Assembly: GCA_021463465.1 (NCBI GenBank)
Contig: JAJTYH010000003.1
Span: 211,549-275,548 of the forward strand
Origin: a bacterium
GTDB taxonomy: Bacteria > Patescibacteriota > Dojkabacteria > SC72
Length of the DNA: 64,000 nt
Direction of reading: 5' to 3'
Shown: piece by piece, positions 56,570-64,000 of the stretch
Layout: each line of letters begins with the position of its first letter
Position numbering within the stretch: the stretch's first letter is position 1
Notes under the pieces: model-generated
Seen by the model: only the letters and a program-made list of their open reading frames with translations
What the model was told of the DNA's origin: nothing
The model's database searches: none
Made by a program: the position numbers and the translations under genes

Positions 56570-57822
56570 TGAGTGGATTAAAAAAACAAGACTTTTGGAA
56601 ACAGATTGGTATCAGTGTAGTGACAATAGGTTTAGGTATAGGTAGCGGCGAGTTCATTCTTTGGCCATACCTAAGTTATCATTGGGGATTTTCAATTCTT
56701 TGGGGAGCATTGCTCGGAATTGCAATGCAGGTTTTCCTTAATATTGAGATTCAAAGATACGCTGTAGTTACAGGAAACTCCTTGCTCAAAGGTGCATATG
56801 GGTTATCAAATAAACTGGGTACCTGGTTTCTTATTTCAACAATATTAGGTTTTGGTTGGCCAGGATTTGTCGCTAGCGCAGGTTTCCTTATGTCTTCTGC
56901 CTTGGCTTTGCCTGAAAGTTTGGGTGGATATGTTTCCCTTGGCCTCCTATTACTAGCAGGGTTAATTTTAGTTGTAGGTAGGGGAATTTATCAACGAATC
57001 GAAAAACTGCTCAAAGTAATCGTGCCAGTTTCATTTATTGTCATTTTTTTGATTTTCATCAGATTTTTTGATTGGACTTTGGTTAAGGAGCTACTTGCTG
57101 GGTTTGTGGGTGTGGGAGTAGGAGGTGTAGATTCTACGGGTTTTAGTCTTTCAATGTTCCTTGGAGCTATTGTGTATTCAGGAAGTGGAGGAAACCTGCT
57201 TCTTTCACAAGCTTTTTATGCTTTAGAGAAAAGAAAGTTCAGCAATGACTTCCAAGAGCACAGGAGGTTTCAAATTTTTGAAAATGTGTTTGTATTCGGA
57301 GGTATTGGACTTCTCACTATTTTAATGCTCTCATATTTGAGTAGAGTATTAACCTTACCTCTGAGCTCCGTATCCAATGACCTTACCTTTTTGGTAGTTG
57401 AAGGATATTTCATTGGTAATGCAATGGGGAAGGTTTTCGAATATCTGTTCCTCTTTACTGGAGTATTTGCCCTCTTTGCTGTACAGCTTGGAGTTTTAGA
57501 TTTATTTGGAAGAGTATGTAGAGAGCTGTTCCACCTCAAGTTTGGTAAAGATAGTTTTCAGATTTATGTAATAGCAGTTTTGATGCAGGTAATGGTGAGT
57601 TCCGTGATTTTGCTAGCGCAAGCTTCTCAGCCTTTATGGCTTTTAGTAATTGGTTCGGTATTTAATGCTTTAGCTATGGGGGTGATTGCTATCGTTACTC
57701 TTGTCTTGAATATGAAGCTTAGAGAAGCTAATAGGCCTTCGAAATTTGTAGTAGTAACCCAGTTTGCCATAGCTCTGTTCTATATCATTTTCTTTGTAAT
57801 TACAGTCAAGGGTGGTATATAA
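56569..57822 (+). CDS. Nramp-like (APC fold) transporter
   Basis: GIGSGEFILWP, EIQRY..VTG; about 11 TMs. Confidence 0.75.
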   Translation: MSGLKKQDFWKQIGISVVTIGLGIGSGEFILWPYLSYHWGFSILWGALLGIAMQVFLNIEIQRYAVVTGNSLLKGAYGLSNKLGTWFLISTILGFGWPGFVASAGFLMSSALALPESLGGYVSLGLLLLAGLILVVGRGIYQRIEKLLKVIVPVSFIVIFLIFIRFFDWTLVKELLAGFVGVGVGGVDSTGFSLSMFLGAIVYSGSGGNLLLSQAFYALEKRKFSNDFQEHRRFQIFENVFVFGGIGLLTILMLSYLSRVLTLPLSSVSNDLTFLVVEGYFIGNAMGKVFEYLFLFTGVFALFAVQLGVLDLFGRVCRELFHLKFGKDSFQIYVIAVLMQVMVSSVILLAQASQPLWLLVIGSVFNALAMGVIAIVTLVLNMKLREANRPSKFVVVTQFAIALFYIIFFVITVKGGI

Positions 57823-57832
57823 TCCAAAACAT

Positions 57833-57906
57833 CGGGGTGTAGTTCAGATGGCTAGAATGCTTGCATGGGGTGCAAGAGGTCGCACGTTCAAGTCGTGTCA
57901 CCCCGA
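57833..57906 (+). tRNA. tRNA-Pro(GGG), CCA not encoded
   Basis: CGGGGTG/CACCCCG acceptor, CTTGC-ATGGGGT-GCAAG anticodon arm, GTTCAA T-loop. Confidence 0.95.
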
Positions 57907-57926
57907 AAATATTCAATAAAATTCTT

Positions 57927-58412
57927 ATGATTCAAGCAACACTCCTTTTCCTTATAAAAAGAGAAAACGGAGATATTTCTCAAATTTGCCTTGCAATGAA
58001 AAAACGAGGTTTTGGTGTGGGTAAATATAACGGAGTGGGAGGTAAATTTGATAGTGAACTGGATAGTAATATTTTGGATACGGTCAAACGAGAAGCTAAA
58101 GAAGAAATAGGAATTGACATGGATAAATCCTGGCAAGTTGCTGACATGGATTTCTATTTCCCTCACAAGACTAAAATCAACATGAAAGTCAGAGCGTTCT
58201 TGACGGATAGATAGGAAGGCGAACCTATTGAAACTGAAGAGATGAAACCAGAGTGGTTTGACATAAAGAACATACCATATGAAAAAATGTGGGATGGGGA
58301 TGAATATTGGATATCAAGGGTAGTAAAAGGAGAGAAAGTTAGAGGTAAATTCACCTTCAACGACAAAGAAAAAGTGATAAAGAAATTGCTAACTAGAGTG
58401 AAGGTATTTTAG
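57927..58412 (+). pseudogene. MTH1/MutT-like 8-oxo-dGTPase with internal TAG
   Basis: KKRGFG.GKYNGVGGK, REAKEEIG; TAG at 58212-14, then in-frame EGEPIETEEMKPEWF...IPYEKMW..D..W. Confidence 0.8.
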
Positions 58413-61400
58413 TTACTGTCCGTTCCAAATCAGCGTATCCTCTGGATTTTGGGTCTTTAACTTCATGAAATATCCTTGCTTAGGATCAAGTCTGAAATCG
58501 AATCCAAAGATTTCACCATCTTTTACTTGGAAAGTCTCATATCGTCCTTTGGTACTATCCCAACTAGTAACACTTTCTACTGTAACACCGTCTACTTTGT
58601 TCATAGAAGTTACGGCGCTTTGAGCTGTAAACTCCTGTTCATAACCGTGTACAGCCACTAAGTTCCAGCCAGATTCAAGAGATACTGCTACCGGATCAAG
58701 CAATGCTGTTCCTGGTACTTGAATCGTACCATTGCGAGTAGTCATAACAGCATATCCTTTGCCGTATGTCAGATTAAAGTCGTTACCCATATCGGTATTT
58801 GATAAGGCATCAAACATAAATGTCTGTGTCCAGTTACTCTCATCAAATTCAATAATACCTTTAACCGTACCTGGTGAAGACTGGTTAGCAAGCTTAATGA
58901 ATTCAGATGCTGAGATAGGTGTGAACTTGTCTTGTGTCGGTAGGAATGGGAAGGAGATCACATTGAAGCCTTTTTGAAGCTTGTACGAGTAAGTGTCAGC
59001 AACTTTGGACACTCTAACCTTGTCTAAATTGATCTCAATTAATTCATCTACATTAGCTTGGAATCCAGGTTGAGCATTCTTATTCTTAAAGAAGTGGTAT
59101 GCATTATCTTTGGTTGCCACTACCGAATATGATTTCACTCCATCAACATCAATGTCGTACAAGCCTTCCTGTGCAAAGTACAAAGTATATTTGTCACCAT
59201 TTTCGTCAGTCTTGATGAACTCGTGACCATCACTCCCATCATGCTCTTGAGCAAAGACTTTGTTGAAAAGCTTATCGAAGAGAGAGAGTGAATCATCGTT
59301 AGTCTCTATAAATCTAGCTTGATTATCACAATACTTATCACGGCTCTCGTCTTTCACTGAGGTTGGAAAGTCATCCGGGTCAGCAAACCATGACCATTGG
59401 GTTTTAAGCTCGTTTAGCCATTGCCTTCCTGCCTCTTCATTACATTGACCAGATCTATATACAGCAGCCCAACTTACCATTGGATCTGAAATGTTGGCAC
59501 AAGGCTGTTTGAAGTTATGATTTCGACAAACAAAGTCATTTAACTGCTCGTTGAAGTAACTTCGACTTACTGTGCTGACATTTTTTCCATTACCCCAGTG
59601 GATTCCAAAATCCTCAGCCTCACCTGCTGCTTGGTAATTACTACAAGCCGACTCATGCATCCAAACAACTAAAGAAATCTTAGGATCTACTCCCGCCATC
59701 TTGGATCGATAGACGACATCATTGAAACATTCGGCGGCGTATGTTTTGCCTCGGTTGTAAATTCCGCGGTAACATAGTTCAGCAAATTTAGCTTTGTCGA
59801 CACCTGGTACAGTTTGGACTGGTGCACTTGTATCGCACGAAATTCCGATTGAACCTCCAGGAGTAGTAGAAGGTGTAACAACTGGGGGAACTGTACTTCC
59901 ATTTACACAAGCATTTTCGTTTGCCCTGCCAGTTATATCTTGCGCGATTGCCAAAATATCTCCTCCTGCAATCTGTCTGCCTCGGAAGAGATCATAACAA
60001 CTCTTGTTATTAACATTACGTTCAAAGTCTTTGTAAGGTTTGTTTTTACCCCCTACTGTGAGGACACAACAGATATTGCCCGACTGAGCTATGTCTTGCG
60101 GGTTTCTGGTTACGTTTGGACCTGTTGGAGGTGTTGGGATTGGTGTGGGCGTTGGCGTTGGTGTAGGTGTAGGGGTAGGGGTAGGGGTAGGAGTAGGAGT
60201 TGGGGTTGGAGAGGGCGTAGGTGTTGGAGTGGGAGTTGGTGTCGGAGTTGGCATTGGCATTGGTTCTGGAACAAGTACTTCAGGGTGAGCTGCATCGTAT
60301 GCAGCGTTGGCGGAATCTACTTCTGCTTGAGTCCACCTTCTCTCACATGCAGGATAAGAATCAATTCCTTTGACTTCTTGTGCTCCGACGTATGTTCCTC
60401 CATAAAGCTGTTGTCCACCAAAAGCCTCGTCAAATATTTCACATCCATCTCCAGGCTTGTCATTTTCAAAGTCGCCAATTAGATCATTTCTTCCGCTTAT
60501 GGTCAAAGCGCAACACAGATTGGGGTTAGTGTCAGGTTCAAGTGAATGATTAGGATGAGCATTAACCGCAGTCAAAGGGAATCCATTGTTCCTATTATTA
60601 CTAAATTGTGCGTCTTCGATATTCCACTCTTCATATACATAATCCTGATCTGGAGTATCTTCAATTCCCCATGATAGAAGTCTACCTGGTGCAGTTTGAA
60701 GGTTTGCTAACTGAGCATAAACTAGTAACTTATCTACCCCAACTAGCATAGAGGTCATCTTCTGGCCACTACTGGATCGAAGGTTGGATTTGTCGATTGC
60801 CCAACCACCTTGAGCATTCGTTACAGAGGAACTAATGAGTGATTGGGGTGTTTGAGTATCTCGCTGTTGTCCTTCAATCTCTCCTAGATATGCTTGGGCG
60901 AAAACGATTGAATCGCTACTTGGTTTTGATTCACCGTTCTTAAGTTTAGTAGTTACTTTGCCGAATGCAGGCTGAGGTACTGAAATATTGTTTTCCGTTT
61001 GGGCAAATGTAGTGAATTTCTGATTAAGCGTTACAGGTACATCAAACCATTGCGTATTAGATTTGATGTCTTTGTCGTTCCACTGTTTAAGGCTACTTAC
61101 TATTTTGAAACTGTAAGTAGTTTCAGCTTTCAAATCGTTGAGTGTTACATGATGAACAAAGTATCTGCCGACCTTTTTAACTTCAACCTCTTCCTTCTTC
61201 ACATCTTGCCCACTTAAGACAGCTTCTTCCTTAGTCTGCGCGACATCTCTATCATCGTAGTAATTCTTTTCATCCATTAACACATAACCCTTGTCTTGCG
61301 TTTTCGTAAACCAGGTAATAGTTGCACTTTCATCGGTCAGGTTAGTTATTCTTAGGTTGTAAGGATTATTGGTAAAGCTTTTGTAATACTGGAAGAGCTC

Positions 61401-61493
61401 TTTCTGATAAAGGAATACTAAAACGGGTATAGCAAGCACAATTAAAAGGTAAACAAAAAAGCGCAAGCTAAGTGTTAATCTGAATTGTGACAT
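58413..61493 (-). CDS. Large secreted multidomain protein (FN3-like, Cys-rich repeats, PT linker, lysozyme-like domain)
   Basis: N-terminal TM, ITNLTDESATITW FN3-like, HES motif, GFN/GWNL C-terminal repeats. Confidence 0.75.
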   Translation of the reverse strand: MSQFRLTLSLRFFVYLLIVLAIPVLVFLYQKELFQYYKSFTNNPYNLRITNLTDESATITWFTKTQDKGYVLMDEKNYYDDRDVAQTKEEAVLSGQDVKKEEVEVKKVGRYFVHHVTLNDLKAETTYSFKIVSSLKQWNDKDIKSNTQWFDVPVTLNQKFTTFAQTENNISVPQPAFGKVTTKLKNGESKPSSDSIVFAQAYLGEIEGQQRDTQTPQSLISSSVTNAQGGWAIDKSNLRSSSGQKMTSMLVGVDKLLVYAQLANLQTAPGRLLSWGIEDTPDQDYVYEEWNIEDAQFSNNRNNGFPLTAVNAHPNHSLEPDTNPNLCCALTISGRNDLIGDFENDKPGDGCEIFDEAFGGQQLYGGTYVGAQEVKGIDSYPACERRWTQAEVDSANAAYDAAHPEVLVPEPMPMPTPTPTPTPTPTPSPTPTPTPTPTPTPTPTPTPTPTPIPTPPTGPNVTRNPQDIAQSGNICCVLTVGGKNKPYKDFERNVNNKSCYDLFRGRQIAGGDILAIAQDITGRANENACVNGSTVPPVVTPSTTPGGSIGISCDTSAPVQTVPGVDKAKFAELCYRGIYNRGKTYAAECFNDVVYRSKMAGVDPKISLVVWMHESACSNYQAAGEAEDFGIHWGNGKNVSTVSRSYFNEQLNDFVCRNHNFKQPCANISDPMVSWAAVYRSGQCNEEAGRQWLNELKTQWSWFADPDDFPTSVKDESRDKYCDNQARFIETNDDSLSLFDKLFNKVFAQEHDGSDGHEFIKTDENGDKYTLYFAQEGLYDIDVDGVKSYSVVATKDNAYHFFKNKNAQPGFQANVDELIEINLDKVRVSKVADTYSYKLQKGFNVISFPFLPTQDKFTPISASEFIKLANQSSPGTVKGIIEFDESNWTQTFMFDALSNTDMGNDFNLTYGKGYAVMTTRNGTIQVPGTALLDPVAVSLESGWNLVAVHGYEQEFTAQSAVTSMNKVDGVTVESVTSWDSTKGRYETFQVKDGEIFGFDFRLDPKQGYFMKLKTQNPEDTLIWNGQ
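60126..60270 (-). repeat. Pro-Thr coding low-complexity repeat
   Basis: (PT)n hexamer repeats with synonymous variation. Confidence 0.9.
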
Positions 61494-61536
61494 ATACTGT
61501 GAATAATCGCTTTTTTGCCGGAAAAAGTCAACCTTT

Positions 61537-62403
61537 TTAAAGGATTTCTCCCTCTCTGTCTTCCCTAGTGCCTTTAACTAAATAGACATCTTTTTTAGTC
61601 TTAGAATCTGTATACACAAACTCTCCCTCCCCATTTAATATTGCTTCGTAGGGTTTGCAATCACGACACATTTCGTTTCCATTAGGGCATTTGAAGCTCT
61701 CCAATTTTCTAGCCAGTTGAATTTTTTTGGCGATATTGAGAACGCGTTCATAAGAGGTATCATAATCTGGAAGTTGGGTTGAAGTTGGTTCGTCATTTTG
61801 TTCTATATACCAGTAGTATGCTCCCAAGACTTCATATCTCTGGCAGTTTCGAACTAACAGGTGATAGATAGGTAACTGTAGAGATTCTGGGTCTTCTGTT
61901 GAATTTTGTCCGGTTTTGAAATCAATGATGTTTACACTGTTGCTATCTGGCAAGTACTCCAACCAGTCAATTTTCCCACACAGAATAAGATCTTCTTCAG
62001 GTGTCAAAGGGAATTTAGGTAGGTCCATATTTATTTTGACCGCAGGCTTACTTATTGGACCGGGATTTTGTCGGATTCGCTCCAGCATTACTTCACCTCT
62101 GGATTTATATTCAAGCTCTTCCTGAGTATTTTGAAAGCCCCCTTTTTTGCCTGATACATTGCTCCAAACCTCATCAAATCTCTTGATTAAAGGTGTCTTG
62201 AACCGATCTTCAGTTTTAATTGTTGAGAGGGATTCAATTACCTCGTGTACAGCAGAACCTAAAGCCAAAGCTGGACTAGTAGTTTGTATTTTATTTCCAC
62301 TCTTAGGGTCTTTGTAAACATTTTTCAAATAGTAGGCTCGGGGGCATCTGAGAAAATCGGAAATTGAACTGTGTGATACCCAGACCTGACTTGCGTATGC
62401 CAT
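61537..62403 (-). CDS. PD-(D/E)XK nuclease (RecB/Cas4-like)
   Basis: CPRAY, GKID, IIDFKTG, QL.IY, C-terminal Cys cluster. Confidence 0.85.
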   Translation of the reverse strand: MAYASQVWVSHSSISDFLRCPRAYYLKNVYKDPKSGNKIQTTSPALALGSAVHEVIESLSTIKTEDRFKTPLIKRFDEVWSNVSGKKGGFQNTQEELEYKSRGEVMLERIRQNPGPISKPAVKINMDLPKFPLTPEEDLILCGKIDWLEYLPDSNSVNIIDFKTGQNSTEDPESLQLPIYHLLVRNCQRYEVLGAYYWYIEQNDEPTSTQLPDYDTSYERVLNIAKKIQLARKLESFKCPNGNEMCRDCKPYEAILNGEGEFVYTDSKTKKDVYLVKGTREDREGEIL

Positions 62404-62489
62404 AAATGTTTATTATATGGAATTAGTTTCATAATTGTAGCAGATTTGATGTATAGTATTAAATGTAGGTTAAATAACTCTTAATCAAT

Positions 62490-62885
62490 ATGGTGTGTAC
62501 AGATGAAAGCATTTTAAAAGGATTTGTTTTTGTAGATTTAGATCGAAATGGTGTGCGAGAAGGTCGGGAGAGAGGCTTGAAAAATGTAGAAATTTCCTTG
62601 CTCGATGATGAAGGTAAAGTTTTGACGGTGGTAAAGAGTGAGGATACAGGTGAGTATAAATTCTCTACTTGTGTTGGAAATTATACACTTAAAGCCACTT
62701 ATAACCTGGGTAAGAATTCCTTTCTTAATCAAGATACTCTGTCTGTTACAACTGAAAGTTTTTCACAAAACCAAAATTTCCCTATTTATCAAAACAAATC
62801 TACTGATCCTTCCTTATTTCTGTGGATGGGGGTAACCTTATTAGGTTTTGGGATTTTGTTCTTTGCAAAGTCGAAAATCTTATAG
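62490..62885 (+). CDS. SdrD-B/Cna-like domain with C-terminal TM
   Basis: GFVFVDLDRNG...ERGL..V.I.L, GEYKF. Confidence 0.7.
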   Translation: MVCTDESILKGFVFVDLDRNGVREGRERGLKNVEISLLDDEGKVLTVVKSEDTGEYKFSTCVGNYTLKATYNLGKNSFLNQDTLSVTTESFSQNQNFPIYQNKSTDPSLFLWMGVTLLGFGILFFAKSKIL

Positions 62886-63641
62886 CGTTAAAGCATCTTC
62901 TATACGGTGATCACCTGAGCGAGTTCTGTAGATTTCCATGGAAATAGCGCTTGTTCCAGCGGCTTTGCCGATATCATGGCAAAGAGTACGAATGTAGGTT
63001 CCCGATGAGACATAGGCATAACCCTCAACTACTAAAAACTGTTGCTTAGGCTCTAAAATCTCTTCATAACTTTTTAAGATCTCGGCTTGTCGGAAATCTC
63101 CCCGTGTAATTAGCCTGAGTCGTCTTTTGACCTCTTTTAATAATTCAGGACCACTAATTTCGTAGTGTTTGGTGAGTTCCAGGTCCTTTATTTCTCTTGT
63201 TACATTCGGAATCTCTTGTGACTTCAAAGAATTATTTTGCACTTGTACGTACATGGGTTTTCCTCTCACTTTGTACGCGGAATATTTAGGTATACGTTGG
63301 CTTATTTTTCCCTTGAAATTGGGTAAAGTCTCTTTGATTTCTTCATACGTCACATCATTCCTGTTCAATTTGGGAATACCGCAGATGTCGTAAGTATCAC
63401 TTTCGATTCCAAATACCATTGTAAAGAGGTATTCTTTGTCAGAAAGTTCCCTTTTTCTTCTGTTTCTGTTTTCAGAATCACCTACAAGTAGAACTAATAC
63501 TCCGTGAGCCATTGGATCTAGCCTTCCTGCATAGCTAACCTTCTGGCCAGAATATTCAGGGTATCTCTTTTTGAGTAGCTCAATCATCTCCACCGGGGTT
63601 TTGCCCAGTGGCTTGTTGATATTTATCTGTTTAGAATTCAT
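62880..63641 (-). CDS. truB: tRNA pseudouridine synthase TruB-like (no PUA domain)
   Basis: KPLGKT, AGRLDPMAHGVL, SSGTYIRTL.HDIG. Confidence 0.8.
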   Translation of the reverse strand: MNSKQININKPLGKTPVEMIELLKKRYPEYSGQKVSYAGRLDPMAHGVLVLLVGDSENRNRRKRELSDKEYLFTMVFGIESDTYDICGIPKLNRNDVTYEEIKETLPNFKGKISQRIPKYSAYKVRGKPMYVQVQNNSLKSQEIPNVTREIKDLELTKHYEISGPELLKEVKRRLRLITRGDFRQAEILKSYEEILEPKQQFLVVEGYAYVSSGTYIRTLCHDIGKAAGTSAISMEIYRTRSGDHRIEDALTL

Positions 63642-63999
63642 GTGTTAGAAAAAATCTGAGTATAGACTCTTTTCTTTCGGTATCAATATCAAAATGAGCT
63701 TTTCCTTTCAAAGTCTCCAATGACATATTCTTAAATCCAAATCCTTTATATCGATTGTAAAGGTTTAAGCTTAGAGAATAAGGGACATTTACATCTTGAT
63801 TTCCGTGCTCAACCATTATAGGAATTCGTTTTATTGTGGCTAATTGATCTTTTGTGTATTCACGTGAGGTAGGTGCTAGTAAGAAGATAGAATTAATTTC
63901 TTTGGGGTATAGAAATGCAAAGTTATAAGTAGGCAATCCTCCCATGCTAAAACCAAGCAAATTCACTTGAGTTTGAATAAGGTATCTATTTTCAATCCA
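63631..63999 (-). CDS. Alpha/beta hydrolase, C-terminal part (continues beyond window)
   Basis: GFSMGG nucleophile elbow, HG.QD..VP, AH. Confidence 0.8.
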   Translation of the reverse strand, partial: WIENRYLIQTQVNLLGFSMGGLPTYNFAFLYPKEINSIFLLAPTSREYTKDQLATIKRIPIMVEHGNQDVNVPYSLSLNLYNRYKGFGFKNMSLETLKGKAHFDIDTERKESILRFFLTHEF

Positions 64000-64000
64000 A

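Noticed and set aside
58212-58214. Stop-codon recoding (TAG or TGA read as sense)
   Set aside because: TAG ends rplV, hup, lysS and trmD, and TGA ends adk and serS at expected positions; code 11 fits
60091-60482. Plus-strand GV-repeat and WR-repeat ORFs; possible repeat array
   Set aside because: Antisense shadows of the Pro-Thr linker; no repeat-spacer structure
61537-62403. Cas4-like nuclease as a sign of CRISPR-Cas
   Set aside because: No array or other cas genes in the window; standalone PD-(D/E)XK nucleases are common

Overview
Chromosomal segment of a Patescibacteria (CPR) bacterium, possibly Dojkabacteria/Microgenomates-related (inference). Support: no rpmD/uL30 between rpsE and rplO, an alpha2-type GlyRS, almost no Shine-Dalgarno sites, and CPR-type surface proteins. 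Standard code 11 is used. Positions 3.7-22.7 kb hold fusA-tuf-S10-spc-alpha-rplM/rpsI. The rest holds rnpB, tRNA-Glu(CTC), tRNA-Pro(GGG), tRNA-handling enzymes (fmt, tgt, trmD, miaA, truB, glyS, lysS, serS), rny-ymdB-hup, two Gre-family factors, secreted proteins and a few lineage-specific ORFs. No CRISPR array, prophage or IS was seen. Most notable: (1) EF-Tu has NDFG in place of the guanine-specifying NKxD motif, EF-G has NKLN plus a replaced G5 motif, and Adk lacks DGFPR, suggesting remodelled nucleotide pockets. (2) A complete Lys-specifier T-box riboswitch precedes a LysRS fused to a DUF2000/Pth2-like domain. (3) An unannotated Ser-rich 16-codon leader ORF overlaps a hairpin upstream of serS and looks like an attenuator. 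(4) A Gfh1-like Gre paralog, a 6S-like RNA candidate before rny, and a reduced RNase P RNA lacking the L15 GGU motif. All family calls come from manual motif recognition; no searches were run.
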